Assembly: GCA_037305845.1 (NCBI GenBank) | Contig: CP147778.1 | Coordinates: forward strand, 1,600,001-1,664,000 | Direction of reading: 5' to 3' | Length of the DNA: 64,000 bases | DNA from: Candidatus Freyarchaeum deiterrae | GTDB lineage: Archaea; Asgardarchaeota; Jordiarchaeia; Jordiarchaeales; Jordiarchaeaceae | Part shown: one piece after another, positions 51,971 through 62,716 of the stretch | Layout of the letters: each line of letters opens with the position of its first letter | Position numbering within the stretch: the stretch's first letter is position 1 | The notes under the pieces: model-generated | What the model saw: only the letters and a program-made list of their open reading frames with translations | The model's database searches: none | What the model was told of the DNA's origin: nothing | Program-made: the position numbers and the translations under genes

Positions 51971-52300
51971 TTGCCTGTTAAAATTTTGAAAGAAAAACTT
52001 CTTAATTTAGCAGAGGTTAAAAAAATTTTGGAGGAGCGTAGCGCAAAGGGAGAGTTAAGCTATGTTCAACGTGTCACATTAGATTATGCTACTAAGTTTT
52101 CACAATTTCCTGTTGAAAAGTCTGTAGAAATTATTAGAAAGTTAATCGAAACCTTTGGAATAAGCGAGAGTACTGCTATCCAAATTGTTAATGCAGTTCC
52201 AAAGAGTATTGATGAGCTTCGTGCCTTTTTAACAAACGAGCAAAAGACTTTCACTGAGGGTGAATTAGGAGAACTTTTAAAGATTCTGGAAGAAACATAA
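51971..52300 (+). CDS. rpo4: RNA polymerase subunit Rpo4 (RpoF)
   Basis: ELSYVQR.TLDYA.KF...P.S.DELR. Conserved rpl21e-rpo4-DUF655-rsmA order. Confidence 0.9.
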   Translation: MPVKILKEKLLNLAEVKKILEERSAKGELSYVQRVTLDYATKFSQFPVEKSVEIIRKLIETFGISESTAIQIVNAVPKSIDELRAFLTNEQKTFTEGELGELLKILEET

Positions 52301-52337
52301 CTCTAATTCTACTTACTATCGGAGGCGGGAGTAGAGA

Positions 52338-52919
52338 ATGATGTTTAGTTCTAAGAAGTATGAAGAGTTTGCATACGTGTTAGACCATCTACCAACAGGA
52401 CATGCAGAAGACCCGCGGCCCTCTTTTCAGAGGGAACCCCTTACACAAGCTCTTGGAGAAACATATTTCACATTACTAGAACTTGTCCCAAGAAAAGGAG
52501 CTACATTTTCTTTACATGAAAGAATTTACATCGGAAAAGGCTCTCGTAAAAAAATTGATCATGTTCAAAGGCGTATCCGTTATGAGGATATCACTTCAAC
52601 CGCTAAATCCGAACTTCCATTTGTTATTGAAAAAATAGTACAGCTAAGAGAAAAGGAATTTGTATACTTCTTCAATAATGCTCGTCCAATTACTACAAGA
52701 ATGCATCAGTTAAAGCTTATTCCTGGTATAGGAAAAAAGACAATGTGGCTCATTCTTGAGGAAAGAAAGAAGGCCCCCTTTAAAAGCTTTGAAAACATTA
52801 GCGAAAGGGTGCGAATGCCTGAACCCAAAAAGACCATAGTCAATCGAGTAATGAGTGAATTAAAAGGAGAAGACAAATATTACCTATTTACCCGCCCATA
52901 CACAACTAGCCAAGAATGA
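52338..52919 (+). CDS. DUF655 putative nucleic-acid-binding protein
   Basis: EEFAYVLD, GETYFTLLE and RMHQL.LIPGIGKK. Confidence 0.9.
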   Translation: MMFSSKKYEEFAYVLDHLPTGHAEDPRPSFQREPLTQALGETYFTLLELVPRKGATFSLHERIYIGKGSRKKIDHVQRRIRYEDITSTAKSELPFVIEKIVQLREKEFVYFFNNARPITTRMHQLKLIPGIGKKTMWLILEERKKAPFKSFENISERVRMPEPKKTIVNRVMSELKGEDKYYLFTRPYTTSQE

Positions 52920-52926
52920 TTTAGAA

Positions 52927-53760
52927 TTGAATAAGAACAATCTATTTTTAGAAACCATAAAAACATTGAGAAACCACAATATTAAAGTAAGCAAGAAAAA
53001 GGGGCAACATTTTCTAGTCAGCTCTAACCTGCTTAAAAGGGAGATAGAATACTCGGAAATGCAATCCTCCGATACGGTACTTGAAATAGGTGCGGGACTA
53101 GGAACGCTAACGAGAGCTCTGGCGGAGAAAGCAAAAAAGGTTTTTGCTATAGAAAAAGATCAAAAGTTACTCCAAGCCCTAAGAGACAATTTATCTAGTT
53201 TCAATAACGTTGAAATAATTTCTGGTGACGCCTTAAAGTTAGAGTTCCCACCAACTCAAAAAATCGTCTCAAACATACCCTACTCTATATCTTCTCCGTT
53301 AACTTTCAAAATACTCTCAACAAAGTATGAAAGAGCTGTTTTAACCTATCAACTTGAATTTGCAGAGCGTTTGGCTGCAAAACCTGGTACAAAAAATTAT
53401 GGTAGAATAACTGTTGGGGTATACTATAAGGCAGAAGCGAAGTTACTGGAGAAGATTCCAAGAATCGCATTTTATCCTCCACCAAAAGTCGAATCGGCAA
53501 TAGTTATGCTGAAACCCAAGCCGCCGCCATTCGAAACATTAAACGAAAAAACATTCTTTGAGATAGTGCGTTTTCTATTTATGCACCCCAATAAAAAGGC
53601 AAAACATGGTGTAAGATATTATCTAGAAAATAAGAATGGTACAGATATCAAACTTTCTGATCTAGAATTCCTCCCTGAAATTTTGGAAAAACGAGTAAGG
53701 AACCTAACGCCGAGTGAAATAAACGAAATCTCAAACATCCTAATTTCGGAGTATGAATAG
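52927..53760 (+). CDS. rsmA: 16S rRNA adenine dimethyltransferase (KsgA/Dim1)
   Basis: GQHFL, VLEIGAGLG, SNIPYSIS and F.PPPKVES. Confidence 0.95.
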   Translation: MNKNNLFLETIKTLRNHNIKVSKKKGQHFLVSSNLLKREIEYSEMQSSDTVLEIGAGLGTLTRALAEKAKKVFAIEKDQKLLQALRDNLSSFNNVEIISGDALKLEFPPTQKIVSNIPYSISSPLTFKILSTKYERAVLTYQLEFAERLAAKPGTKNYGRITVGVYYKAEAKLLEKIPRIAFYPPPKVESAIVMLKPKPPPFETLNEKTFFEIVRFLFMHPNKKAKHGVRYYLENKNGTDIKLSDLEFLPEILEKRVRNLTPSEINEISNILISEYE

Positions 53761-53763
53761 TCC

Positions 53764-54378
53764 ATGAAAAACTTCGAGTATAAAGGCTTCAAATTTCAAG
53801 TCTTTAAAGATGTTTATGCCCCCTCAGATGATACCTTCTTGTTAGCGGAGAATTTAAATGTTTTCGAAAGTGACTATGTTCTTGATATGGGTACAGGCTG
53901 TGGTATTTTGGCTATTATTGCGGGGAACCTAGCCGCAAAGGTGGTAGGCGTTGATATCTCCGAAAGAGCCGTTATGAATGCGAGAATAAATGTGACTTTA
54001 AACAATATGGAGAGTCGTGTTGAAATACGTTTAGGAGATTTATGGAACGCTTTAAAATCTGATGAGCGGTTCAATTTGATACTGTTTAACCCGCCTTATT
54101 TACCGATTTCAAAATCTGAGACGAATACAGGTGTACTTGAAAAGGCATGGAACGGAGGCGAGAATGGGAGAGAAATAATTGATGTATTTCTCGCAAAATT
54201 TGATGATTTTTTAGAGGGAGAAGGGCGCGTACAGATGGTTTTGTCTTCATTATCCGGAATTGAAACCACTCTATCTTACCTTGAAAAGAAAGGATTTCAA
54301 GTTGAAAAAAAGACTGAAAAGAAATTTTTCTTTGAGAAATTGGTTTTAATTAAAATCAAAAGAGTGCAATTTGTTTGA
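53764..54378 (+). CDS. HemK2/PrmC-like N5-glutamine methyltransferase
   Basis: VYAPSDDTFLL, LDMGTGCG, FNPPY and GGENGR. Confidence 0.9.
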   Translation: MKNFEYKGFKFQVFKDVYAPSDDTFLLAENLNVFESDYVLDMGTGCGILAIIAGNLAAKVVGVDISERAVMNARINVTLNNMESRVEIRLGDLWNALKSDERFNLILFNPPYLPISKSETNTGVLEKAWNGGENGREIIDVFLAKFDDFLEGEGRVQMVLSSLSGIETTLSYLEKKGFQVEKKTEKKFFFEKLVLIKIKRVQFV

Positions 54379-54478
54379 ATCTTAATATTAGACATATTTA
54401 AAAATATAACAATTTTTTATTTTAATGAAGGTTAAGACTCTACCAGTAAGAAATACTTTGATTCTTGAAGGGACCGGG

Positions 54479-55639
54479 TTGCCAATAAATTTACATCCTG
54501 AAGCTCAGAAGGCTCTGAGAAAATTAGAAGAAGCAGAAACAAAGGAAGAGAAAGTCGTTGCTATACAAGAGTTATTACAGCACCTGAACAAGCATAAAGG
54601 AACAGAAAAATTTGAAAATCAGCTCAAAAAGCGATTGACGAAACTTAGAGCTGAACTTGAAAAAGAAAAATTAAGGAAATCTGGTGCATCTTCTGTTTTT
54701 AGTGTCAAGAAACAGGGGGCGGGGCAGGTAATTTTAGTTGGTTTAACAAATACCGGGAAGAGCGCTATTTTAAACCATCTCACAAGAGCTAAAGCTAGAG
54801 TTGATGATTATCCCTTCAAGACAACTCGCCCTGAAGTTGGAGTTTTAGATTTTAACTCAGCCCCCGTACAGATAGTCGAAGTTCCCGCGCTTTTTGAAGG
54901 TTTCAGCGGAAGTGAAAGTGGCCCTCAAATACTGTCCACTATTAGAAATGCTGACTCCATAGTTTTGGTCATTGACTTATCTCAGGACGTTTTGGAGCAG
55001 GTTAAAATTTTGTTGAATGAATTGGAGTCTGCTGGAATACTACTTAATCTAAGTCATCCCCCCGTTGAAGTAAAGAGGACTGGGAGTGGCGGAATCCAAT
55101 TAAGGGGAATTCAGTTTTTTGACGGGTCGCCTGAAGAAATTACAAATTTTTTGAATAAGAAACGCCTGGTTAACGTGGTGGTTCGTATTAGGGGTAAGGT
55201 TTCCTTAACTGATATCGAATTAGCTATGGATACTGGTATATTATACAAGAAGGCCATAATGGTTGCTACCAAGGGAGATTTGGTTGGGTCTTCAGAGAAT
55301 TATCAAAAGCTTCTGGATACTTACGGTCAAAGATTTGATATTTATCCTATATCTGTTTTAAAGGAAAAGGGGGTTGAGGAGTTTAAAGAGGGGATATTCA
55401 AATCACTCAGTGTTATTCGAATTTACACTCGGGAGCCTGGAAATGTTATTTCTGATAAACCACTAATTATTGAAAGGGGCGCCAGCGTCGAGGATGTAGC
55501 AAAAAAGCTTCATACACGTTTCATTAAAAATTTCAAGTGCGCTCGCATCTATGGCAAATCTGCGAAGCATGAGGGTGAAAGAGTAGGATTGGACCACGTG
55601 CTCGAAGATAATGATACTGTTCAGTTTTATCTCAATTGA
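54479..55639 (+). CDS. DRG/OBG-family GTPase with TGS domain
   Basis: TTG start MPINLHPEA, HKGTEK, GLTNTGKS, YPFKT, TKGD and C-terminal TGS. Confidence 0.9.
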   Translation: MPINLHPEAQKALRKLEEAETKEEKVVAIQELLQHLNKHKGTEKFENQLKKRLTKLRAELEKEKLRKSGASSVFSVKKQGAGQVILVGLTNTGKSAILNHLTRAKARVDDYPFKTTRPEVGVLDFNSAPVQIVEVPALFEGFSGSESGPQILSTIRNADSIVLVIDLSQDVLEQVKILLNELESAGILLNLSHPPVEVKRTGSGGIQLRGIQFFDGSPEEITNFLNKKRLVNVVVRIRGKVSLTDIELAMDTGILYKKAIMVATKGDLVGSSENYQKLLDTYGQRFDIYPISVLKEKGVEEFKEGIFKSLSVIRIYTREPGNVISDKPLIIERGASVEDVAKKLHTRFIKNFKCARIYGKSAKHEGERVGLDHVLEDNDTVQFYLN

Positions 55640-55644
55640 AGTAG

Positions 55645-56364
55645 ATGGTAATATTGCTAAAAACTAAAGTGGTTGTTTTAGAACCGGAAAATGCGGGAAA
55701 TGTTGGTGCAATAGCGCGCGCCATGAAAAATTTTGCTTTAGAAGAACTTGTACTTGTTAATCCCAAATTTGAGGATATGCTTGAAGCCGAAATACGCACG
55801 ATGCATGGCATAGATGTTCTCAAAAATATGAAGGTGGTTAATAGCTTCGAAGAGTCGATTTCGGACGTGGATTTTATAGTAGGTACAACAGCAAAAACTG
55901 GAATGAATTATAATGTTCTTAGAACTACTATCACTCCCGATTTGCTAGTAGAAAGACTTGTGAGTGTTAATGGAAAAATTGCTTTACTATTTGGGCGAGA
56001 AAGCATGGGGCTAACTAATGAAGAATTAGCGAAAGCGGATACCATTGTTACAATCCCGGCTTCAAATTATTCCACTCTAAATGTTTCACATGCTGCTGCA
56101 ATTATATTTTATGAAATTTACAAAAGCCAGGCGCATAAGAAAAAGGGCGCCCCAAGAAGCGCCTCAAAAGTGGAAAAAGACAAGGCCTTAGACTACTTTT
56201 CCCTTATTTTGAAGGACATAAAATATCCTTCTTTTAAATATGGAATTGCGGAAAGAGTTTTTCATAATGTTATTTCAAGAGCATTTATTTCAGGGCGCGA
56301 AATTTACACCCTAATAGGCGTTCTTCGTAGAATACATTCATTTTTATCTTCAAAAAATACATAA
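55645..56364 (+). CDS. trmJ: TrmJ-family SPOUT tRNA methyltransferase
   Basis: NVGAIARAMKNF, LLFGRESMGLTNEEL and LNVSHA. Confidence 0.9.
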   Translation: MVILLKTKVVVLEPENAGNVGAIARAMKNFALEELVLVNPKFEDMLEAEIRTMHGIDVLKNMKVVNSFEESISDVDFIVGTTAKTGMNYNVLRTTITPDLLVERLVSVNGKIALLFGRESMGLTNEELAKADTIVTIPASNYSTLNVSHAAAIIFYEIYKSQAHKKKGAPRSASKVEKDKALDYFSLILKDIKYPSFKYGIAERVFHNVISRAFISGREIYTLIGVLRRIHSFLSSKNT

Positions 56365-56459
56365 AGATAGGTTAATAAATCAGAATAAATTGAATCTCTT
56401 AGTTTAAAGTATTTCTGTTATACTTGCAGAGGTATCTTAGTGGATTATGGTGCTTTGAC

Positions 56460-58241
56460 ATGATGGTTCAAAACGAGTTATCTGAGTTATCAATTTTATT
56501 TGAGGTTGGTTTCCTTTCTGATAAAATTGTAAAATCCATTCTCAGTTCCGCCTCTGGATTACCGCTAATAAATGAAGATGTTTTGAAGGAAGCCTTAACA
56601 TTCCTTGAAATAGTTAAGAACGTTAAAGACAATTTCCCTCCAAAGACCCTTGAAGAAGTCACAACTACACATTTAACAATCTACCGCCTCGCATTGTTTG
56701 TCTATTCAGGGCTAGATGAAAAGAGTTTCATGATTGAAATCTCCAATATGATAAAAAAATTAGAAAAACTAATAGTTGAAAAAAATACTAACGAAGATTT
56801 AACTAATATAGTAAATTTTTTTAGTAAAATTAGCCAAAAAACTTTAGAAGAAAGCGATGAATTTTTCAAAGTATTCGAGTCTTACAAAGAATTCGCTAAC
56901 GCTAAAAAACTCATAGAATTTGAAATAGAAAAAAATTTATCGCAAAACCGTTTATTGAGTCGGCTTCGATCAGAAGAGTTCCCAACAGATGCGCAAGTGA
57001 AGGCCATAAACCTACTATTAAAAACCTCTTCAATGTTATATACAAAGTTGTTTTCCATTTTAGGAGAACTTGAAAGCGCGGATAAATTGCCTCATGAGAA
57101 GCAAGAGCAATTATGTCAGATAATTGAAACTACTGGAGAAAGATATAACCACATTACCGAGATAATACGAAGAATAACCAAATTTATAGAAGCATCTAAC
57201 ATAAGAAACTTCCCACTGGGCATATTCTACACTCTGGAAAATGTGATAAACACGTTTCAAAAAAATATCCTTCTAATTGTGAGTGTTTCAGGCGAGAACA
57301 GCTTTTCATATATAGATCTTTTGGTCATCTTAAAAGGCCTATTAAAAAATGCTCTAGATAAAGAAGAAATAAAAAAATTGGAAGAGGGCTGCTCTCAATG
57401 TATCCTGCTTTTTAATCTTCCAGTGCTTGAAAAAGAGAATATACTTTTACAATGCCTTGTAGCAAATCCGATAGGTAACTACATAATTGAATGCAATAAC
57501 CTTTTTCAAAAAATAGTGAAGACAGAAGATTTCTCTAAATTTCTCCATTTTTCTAAATCAAACTCTTTTCCGAATTTTAAAGAAAAAGAATTAGAAAATG
57601 TTAGAATCGTTGAACAAACTCTAGAAAAAATTAAAAATTGGATTACATTTATTTCCTCAGACTTGTTAGCAATTCACACTTTTGGGCCATCATACCTATT
57701 CGCTTTTTTCAAACACATTTTTTATATCAACAACTACAAATTGAATGCCCCACCAAAAAGTCGTTTAAAAGTTATGGTGGAAGAAATTAAACAGTTGAAT
57801 TATACAAAAAACATTCAAATAAGTAAAGAAATTCAAAAATTAGAAAAATACACCGAAGATGAAACCAGCTACGCAAAGGACGAAATAACGAATCTAATTC
57901 CCAAAATTATAGAGGAAATAAAAAAATTGACGAAGGGAAAGCGGTATACTCTTCAAATTTTTGAAGAAGAAGTTCCTTTCTTAATTTCATCGCTTCTAAA
58001 CCTTATACCTCCAAACGAGATTCTAGATTTTAGAAATAAAACTAGTCGCCCTGCAAGAATAATCTCAATTTTAAACGCAGGCTGGTTATTGATACTAACC
58101 CAAATAAATAAAGTATATCAAATGCTTAGTGCCAAAACCCCCGAAGAAAAAAGCCAAGTAGATATTAAACTAAACCGTCTAATACAAAAGTCAATAGAGC
58201 TAAGCGAAATACACAGAAAGATGGGAGAGGTAGCAGAATGA
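56460..58241 (+). CDS. Large AT-rich hypothetical protein, possible degenerate zincin-like domain
   Basis: Long ORF whose stop overlaps the dcd start (ATGA). Contains SDLLA...FGPSY and PP..SR. Confidence 0.7.
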   Translation: MMVQNELSELSILFEVGFLSDKIVKSILSSASGLPLINEDVLKEALTFLEIVKNVKDNFPPKTLEEVTTTHLTIYRLALFVYSGLDEKSFMIEISNMIKKLEKLIVEKNTNEDLTNIVNFFSKISQKTLEESDEFFKVFESYKEFANAKKLIEFEIEKNLSQNRLLSRLRSEEFPTDAQVKAINLLLKTSSMLYTKLFSILGELESADKLPHEKQEQLCQIIETTGERYNHITEIIRRITKFIEASNIRNFPLGIFYTLENVINTFQKNILLIVSVSGENSFSYIDLLVILKGLLKNALDKEEIKKLEEGCSQCILLFNLPVLEKENILLQCLVANPIGNYIIECNNLFQKIVKTEDFSKFLHFSKSNSFPNFKEKELENVRIVEQTLEKIKNWITFISSDLLAIHTFGPSYLFAFFKHIFYINNYKLNAPPKSRLKVMVEEIKQLNYTKNIQISKEIQKLEKYTEDETSYAKDEITNLIPKIIEEIKKLTKGKRYTLQIFEEEVPFLISSLLNLIPPNEILDFRNKTSRPARIISILNAGWLLILTQINKVYQMLSAKTPEEKSQVDIKLNRLIQKSIELSEIHRKMGEVAE

Positions 58242-58843
58242 CTGTACTTTCAACAAAGAGTATAACAGAAAGACTTTTCCACGAAGACCCCTTGAAAAGG
58301 CTGGTTATTACACCAATAATTCGTCACGAAACTCAAATAGCTCACGGTTCAATAGACCTAAGACTGGGAACGGAATTTATCATCACAAAAAGAACTAAAT
58401 ATCACCTTTTGGATCCCCTGCAGGAAGACGTCGAATCACAAATAGAACAATACCAAGATAAAATCTACATAGGGTACAAAGGAAAACTTATCCTCCAACC
58501 CCACCAATTCGTGTTGGGAAGCACCTTAGAATATATAAGATTACCCAACGACCTTCTAGGATATGTAATCGGAAGATCCTCTTGGGGGCGCGTTGGACTA
58601 ATAATTGCTACGGCAACAATGGTGGGACCGGGCTTCGCAGGATCACTAACGCTCGAGCTTGTCAACTTGGGTGAAGCCGATTTAGCATTATACCCCGGAA
58701 CCAGAATAGCCCAATTAGTACTCCATACCTTGGATCAGGAAGATGCTGGATACATTAGCAAACCTGAGTCAAAATATATAGGCGCTGTGGGCCCAGAATT
58801 CAGCAAAATATACACAGACAGGGAATGGAAACTCCTGAGATAG
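58238..58843 (+). CDS. dcd: dCTP deaminase
   Basis: SIDLRLG, GRSSWGRVGL, PGFAGSLTLEL and IAQL. Confidence 0.92.
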   Translation: MTVLSTKSITERLFHEDPLKRLVITPIIRHETQIAHGSIDLRLGTEFIITKRTKYHLLDPLQEDVESQIEQYQDKIYIGYKGKLILQPHQFVLGSTLEYIRLPNDLLGYVIGRSSWGRVGLIIATATMVGPGFAGSLTLELVNLGEADLALYPGTRIAQLVLHTLDQEDAGYISKPESKYIGAVGPEFSKIYTDREWKLLR

Positions 58844-58926
58844 AAAATAACACAAAAACAAGTGGAGAAAAATAGTTAAAGAATTAGGAATGCATTAGAC
58901 AAAAATTAAATGGGAGAAGAACATCC

Positions 58927-59448
58927 CTAACTTTTATTTTCTTCAGATACAAGCTTAACTCTGGAGGGTCTAGGGAGTTTCATGCCACCTATGTGAAGAA
59001 TTTTCTTTAACACTTCTCTGTTCTTTGGTGAATCATTCACCCAAGCACTGCAAATAACCTGGTTTTCATGAACGCGAGCTGCACTGCCAACAGGCTTACC
59101 AAACGCCCGACGCATGCCGTCCTGCAAACGGTCTGCACCCGCAAAAGCCATCATCCTGTTTTCTCTGATAACATGGTATGGTTTTACATGTATGACGAAG
59201 TGGAAGTCATTATTTCCCATCATATTTGTAAGGTTTCTGTTAACTGAGATACGCAAAGCTTCAAGCGCCTTGTGGCTAATTTGGCACCTCTCGTTCATGA
59301 GAAGGTCGCCTCTTAGATTTAATTTTACTTGACGATTACCCATGTCATAGATTCTTATTTTCGATTCTGGACCACCACGGACGTATTCCCTTCTAGTGTA
59401 GGGCGGGCGGTCAATTTCGGTATAGCATTTTGCGGGTCTCTTAGACAT
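58927..59448 (-). CDS. rpl10e: 50S ribosomal protein uL16 (L10e)
   Basis: RPAKCY, PYTRREY and REN.M..AGADRLQDGMRRAFGKP. Confidence 0.96.
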   Translation of the reverse strand: MSKRPAKCYTEIDRPPYTRREYVRGGPESKIRIYDMGNRQVKLNLRGDLLMNERCQISHKALEALRISVNRNLTNMMGNNDFHFVIHVKPYHVIRENRMMAFAGADRLQDGMRRAFGKPVGSAARVHENQVICSAWVNDSPKNREVLKKILHIGGMKLPRPSRVKLVSEENKS

Positions 59449-59621
59449 TTTCTTCACCTCTGTGTAAGTCACAAAAATAAACTTCAGAATCCCATATTAA
59501 TCTTTCCATGTTTCCAATTTTTTCTAGCAAATTCTTTGTAATACTGTAGAACGACTAGTCATTGTAGTATATTTCATTTAAGCATTTTATTAAAAAAAAT
59601 GGGTGGTGAGTGATGTAACTA

Positions 59622-62069
59622 TTAGTCCTCAATCAACTTCCAGAACTCCACATCATCCATAAAGCTCTTACCCACCCGTATACGCGAAGGCCCCGTAACA
59701 TTTTCCAATAATAACTTGCGTTCGATTTTGTCGACCATGCGACGCGAGAACAAAACTGTATCTGGATTTACACTAATGCTGTTAGCTCCTAATCGAACTA
59801 GAAACTCCAAATAATCAGGGTAAACACTGGGGGCCTGTCCACAGATAGAAGTAGTTACTCCGTATTTTTTACATATCTTAATAGTAAATGCTATTGCACG
59901 TAGAACTGCTAAATTACGCTCATCATATATCTCTTGAACACTAGCATCGTTTCTATCTACACCCAGAATTAACATTGTTAAATCGTTAGTACCAAAGCTA
60001 ACTCCATTGATTCCTTCTTGACAGAATTTGTCTATTAATAGTACACAGCTTGGAACCTCAACCATAATCCAGATTTGGAAGTCTGGGTCTACTCCCGGAT
60101 CTAGTCCTTCTTCTTTCATAATCTGTTTTACTTTCCTGAAAACGTCTACTGATTGCACAAAGGGTAGCATTACCCAGAGATTTCTCAGCCCGAATTCTTC
60201 TCTGACTTTTTTTATTGCTCTACATTCAAGTCGAAAAACATCGGGTTCTTTTATGTATCGGAATTGCCCTCTGTATCCTATCATAGGATTGGGGCCTACA
60301 TGCCCCGTTTCTTCCTCGTATTTCCTTCCACCTTCTAAAGCCAAGAATTCATCGGGTTTAAAGTCTAGAAATCTGTACACCACTGGACCTGGGCTGAAGG
60401 CATCGGCGACTTTTCTTACTCCGTCTGCAAATTGGTCTATCATTTCTTGTTCCCCGCCTTCTTCAATGAGTTTTCTTGGGTGTTTCCCTAATGTTATCAT
60501 CAAGTGCTCTGCTCTGAGTAGTCCAACACCATCCGCCTGTGTCTGTTTTGCAACTCTTTCTGCTATTTCAGGCATCGATAAGTTCACGTAGATTTTAGTA
60601 GCTGTAGATGCTGTCGTTGTGCCTACAGGCGCGGCTACGGTTTCTTCTTCCTTTTCGGCTTTTAGAATTCCTCGATATATCAGTCCTTTTCCACCATCAA
60701 CAGTTATTTGCCTCTCGCTTTGTAGAACATTGGTTGCCTTTTTTGTTCCTACTACACAGGGGATTCCGAGTTCTCGGGATACTATTGCCGCGTGGCATGT
60801 GTACCCTCCTTCGTCAGTTACTATCGCGGCTGCTTTTTTCATTACTGGAACCCAATCAGGTGTAGTCATTCTAGTCACTAAAATGTCTCCTTCCTTCAAT
60901 TCTCCTATGTGATTAATGTCTTTAATGACTCTCACCGGGCCAGCTCCTATTCCTGGGGATACGCCTAGTCCCTTAAGTATCATCTCTCGTTCCGTAGTAG
61001 TTTCTGGTTGGTTGGTTTTGGTATTTTTTTTTGCGGGTCCTGTGCTTGAACCATGTACTGTTTCCGGCCTAGATTGAAGTAAGTATATTTCTCCCTTTTG
61101 ATCTACTGCCCACTCGATGTCTTGAGCTGTTTTATAATGTTTTTCGATTTGTTTGCCATACTGGGCTATTCTCTTTATTTCTTCATCTGTTAAGGCTGGG
61201 ATATTTTGTCTTTCCGGAGGGATTTCTAAATGTTCAGTCTTTTCTGTACTAGGGTTTAATGCGTACTCGAGCTTTTTGGTTACAATGTGTTTTTCGACTA
61301 TTTCTAGATTAGATTTGTTCACTACATACGTGTCTGGTGTTACTGCCCCACTTACTACCGCTTCTCCCAGCCCCCAATTAGCTTCTATCATTATTTTTGT
61401 ATTATCCCCCGTTGCTGGGTGAAGTGTAAACATAACTCCCGCTGATTTTGGCTCAACCATAAGTTGAACAGCCACGCTAATGAGGACGTCTTGATGTCTG
61501 AATCCCTTTTCTTCTCTGTAAGTTATGGCTCTTTTTGTAAATAGGCTACTCCAACATTTTTCTACGGCTTCCAGCAACCCTTCTCTATTTTCGTTTAGAA
61601 AGGTCTCCTGCTGTCCTGCAAAAGAAGCGCCTGGCAATAGGGGAAGAATGGTTTAACCCATTACTTTATCCTCTGCGGAGGCGCTCGATCTGACCGCTAC
61701 TAATGGCTCTTTCTCTTTTACTCTCTTAGCTAGTTCGTCATAACTTTTCATTATTGCTTCTTGAATCTCTTCAGGGATTGGTGTAGATTCAATAAGTTGC
61801 CTGATTTTGTTTGATGCTTCTTCAAGTTGTTGGAAGTCTTTAGTGTCGGCTTTTTCAAGTATTTTGAATACTTTATTTTTTATATTTGTGTCTTCTAGGA
61901 ATTTCTTGTAGGCATAGGTAGTAATTGAAAAACCTGGTGGAACTGGGACTTTGGCTTTTGTTATTAGTTCACCCAAATTAGCGTTTTTTCCTCCTACCTT
62001 GGACACGTCTTCCTTTCCTACCTCTTCAAACCATAAGATTAAATCATTTTCATCGCGGCTCATATTCAC
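59622..62069 (-). CDS. ppsA: Phosphoenolpyruvate synthase, two exons (62069-61668, 61637-59622)
   Basis: VGGKNANLGE, GGYTCHAAIVSRE and SFGTNDL. Removing the 30-nt insert restores VRSSASAEDLPGASFAGQ. Confidence 0.93.
61638..61667 (-). other. 30-nt BHB-type intron in ppsA mRNA
   Basis: GCA-GAGG-AT^A-[AAG t AATGG gttaaa CCATT CTT]-CCCC-TA^T-TGC. Contains an in-frame TAA. Confidence 0.83.
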
Positions 62070-62227
62070 ACCCTTAGCTTTAAGTGTACTATGTCAATTG
62101 ATACAACTTTTTTATTAATGTTTTGTACCTAGGCGATATGAAATGGTTTTTCCAAATTGCTTAATAACTTATATTACTATAAAATAGAATATTAAAAAAT
62201 ATCAAATCATGTTTTCTTTATCTATTT

Positions 62228-62668
62228 TTACCCTTCTTTAATCTGAAAAATGTTTAATACTGTTTTTTTATAATTTATGATTCTGTGTTTTGGATGATTA
62301 ACACAAACGGTCTCATTTGTTAGTAATCTGAGTATTAGGTCTGATTTTACGGTGTTTGCTATTCTCAAAAGATAATATTGCAATTCGGGCGGTGGGCGAA
62401 TAGAATAGATAAGGTCACTATTCTTGTATATTCTCATATTCGGTGAGGTTACGTCATCAATGACGGATTTAATATGGTGGCAATTTGATAGTTGTACTAG
62501 AATATTAGGAATTACGTCTGTAACTATGATTTCTGCATCTGGTAGTTTCTCCTTAAGTGCAATAGCTATTTCAGGGAGCCTTCCTACTCCTACTTCAACA
62601 ATTTTTCTAGAGTTACTGTAATTACTCACAATGTACTCAATTATGTTTTCAGTATCTATTAGCTTCAT
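62228..62668 (-). CDS. UPF0146 family protein
   Basis: KIVEVGVG, DDVTSP...Y and LIYSIRPPPEL. Confidence 0.88.
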   Translation of the reverse strand: MKLIDTENIIEYIVSNYSNSRKIVEVGVGRLPEIAIALKEKLPDAEIIVTDVIPNILVQLSNCHHIKSVIDDVTSPNMRIYKNSDLIYSIRPPPELQYYLLRIANTVKSDLILRLLTNETVCVNHPKHRIINYKKTVLNIFQIKEG

Positions 62669-62716
62669 TTTCTCAACATTGGGTATTTTTTTACAGAGAT
62701 GAGTTCTAAAACTTTT

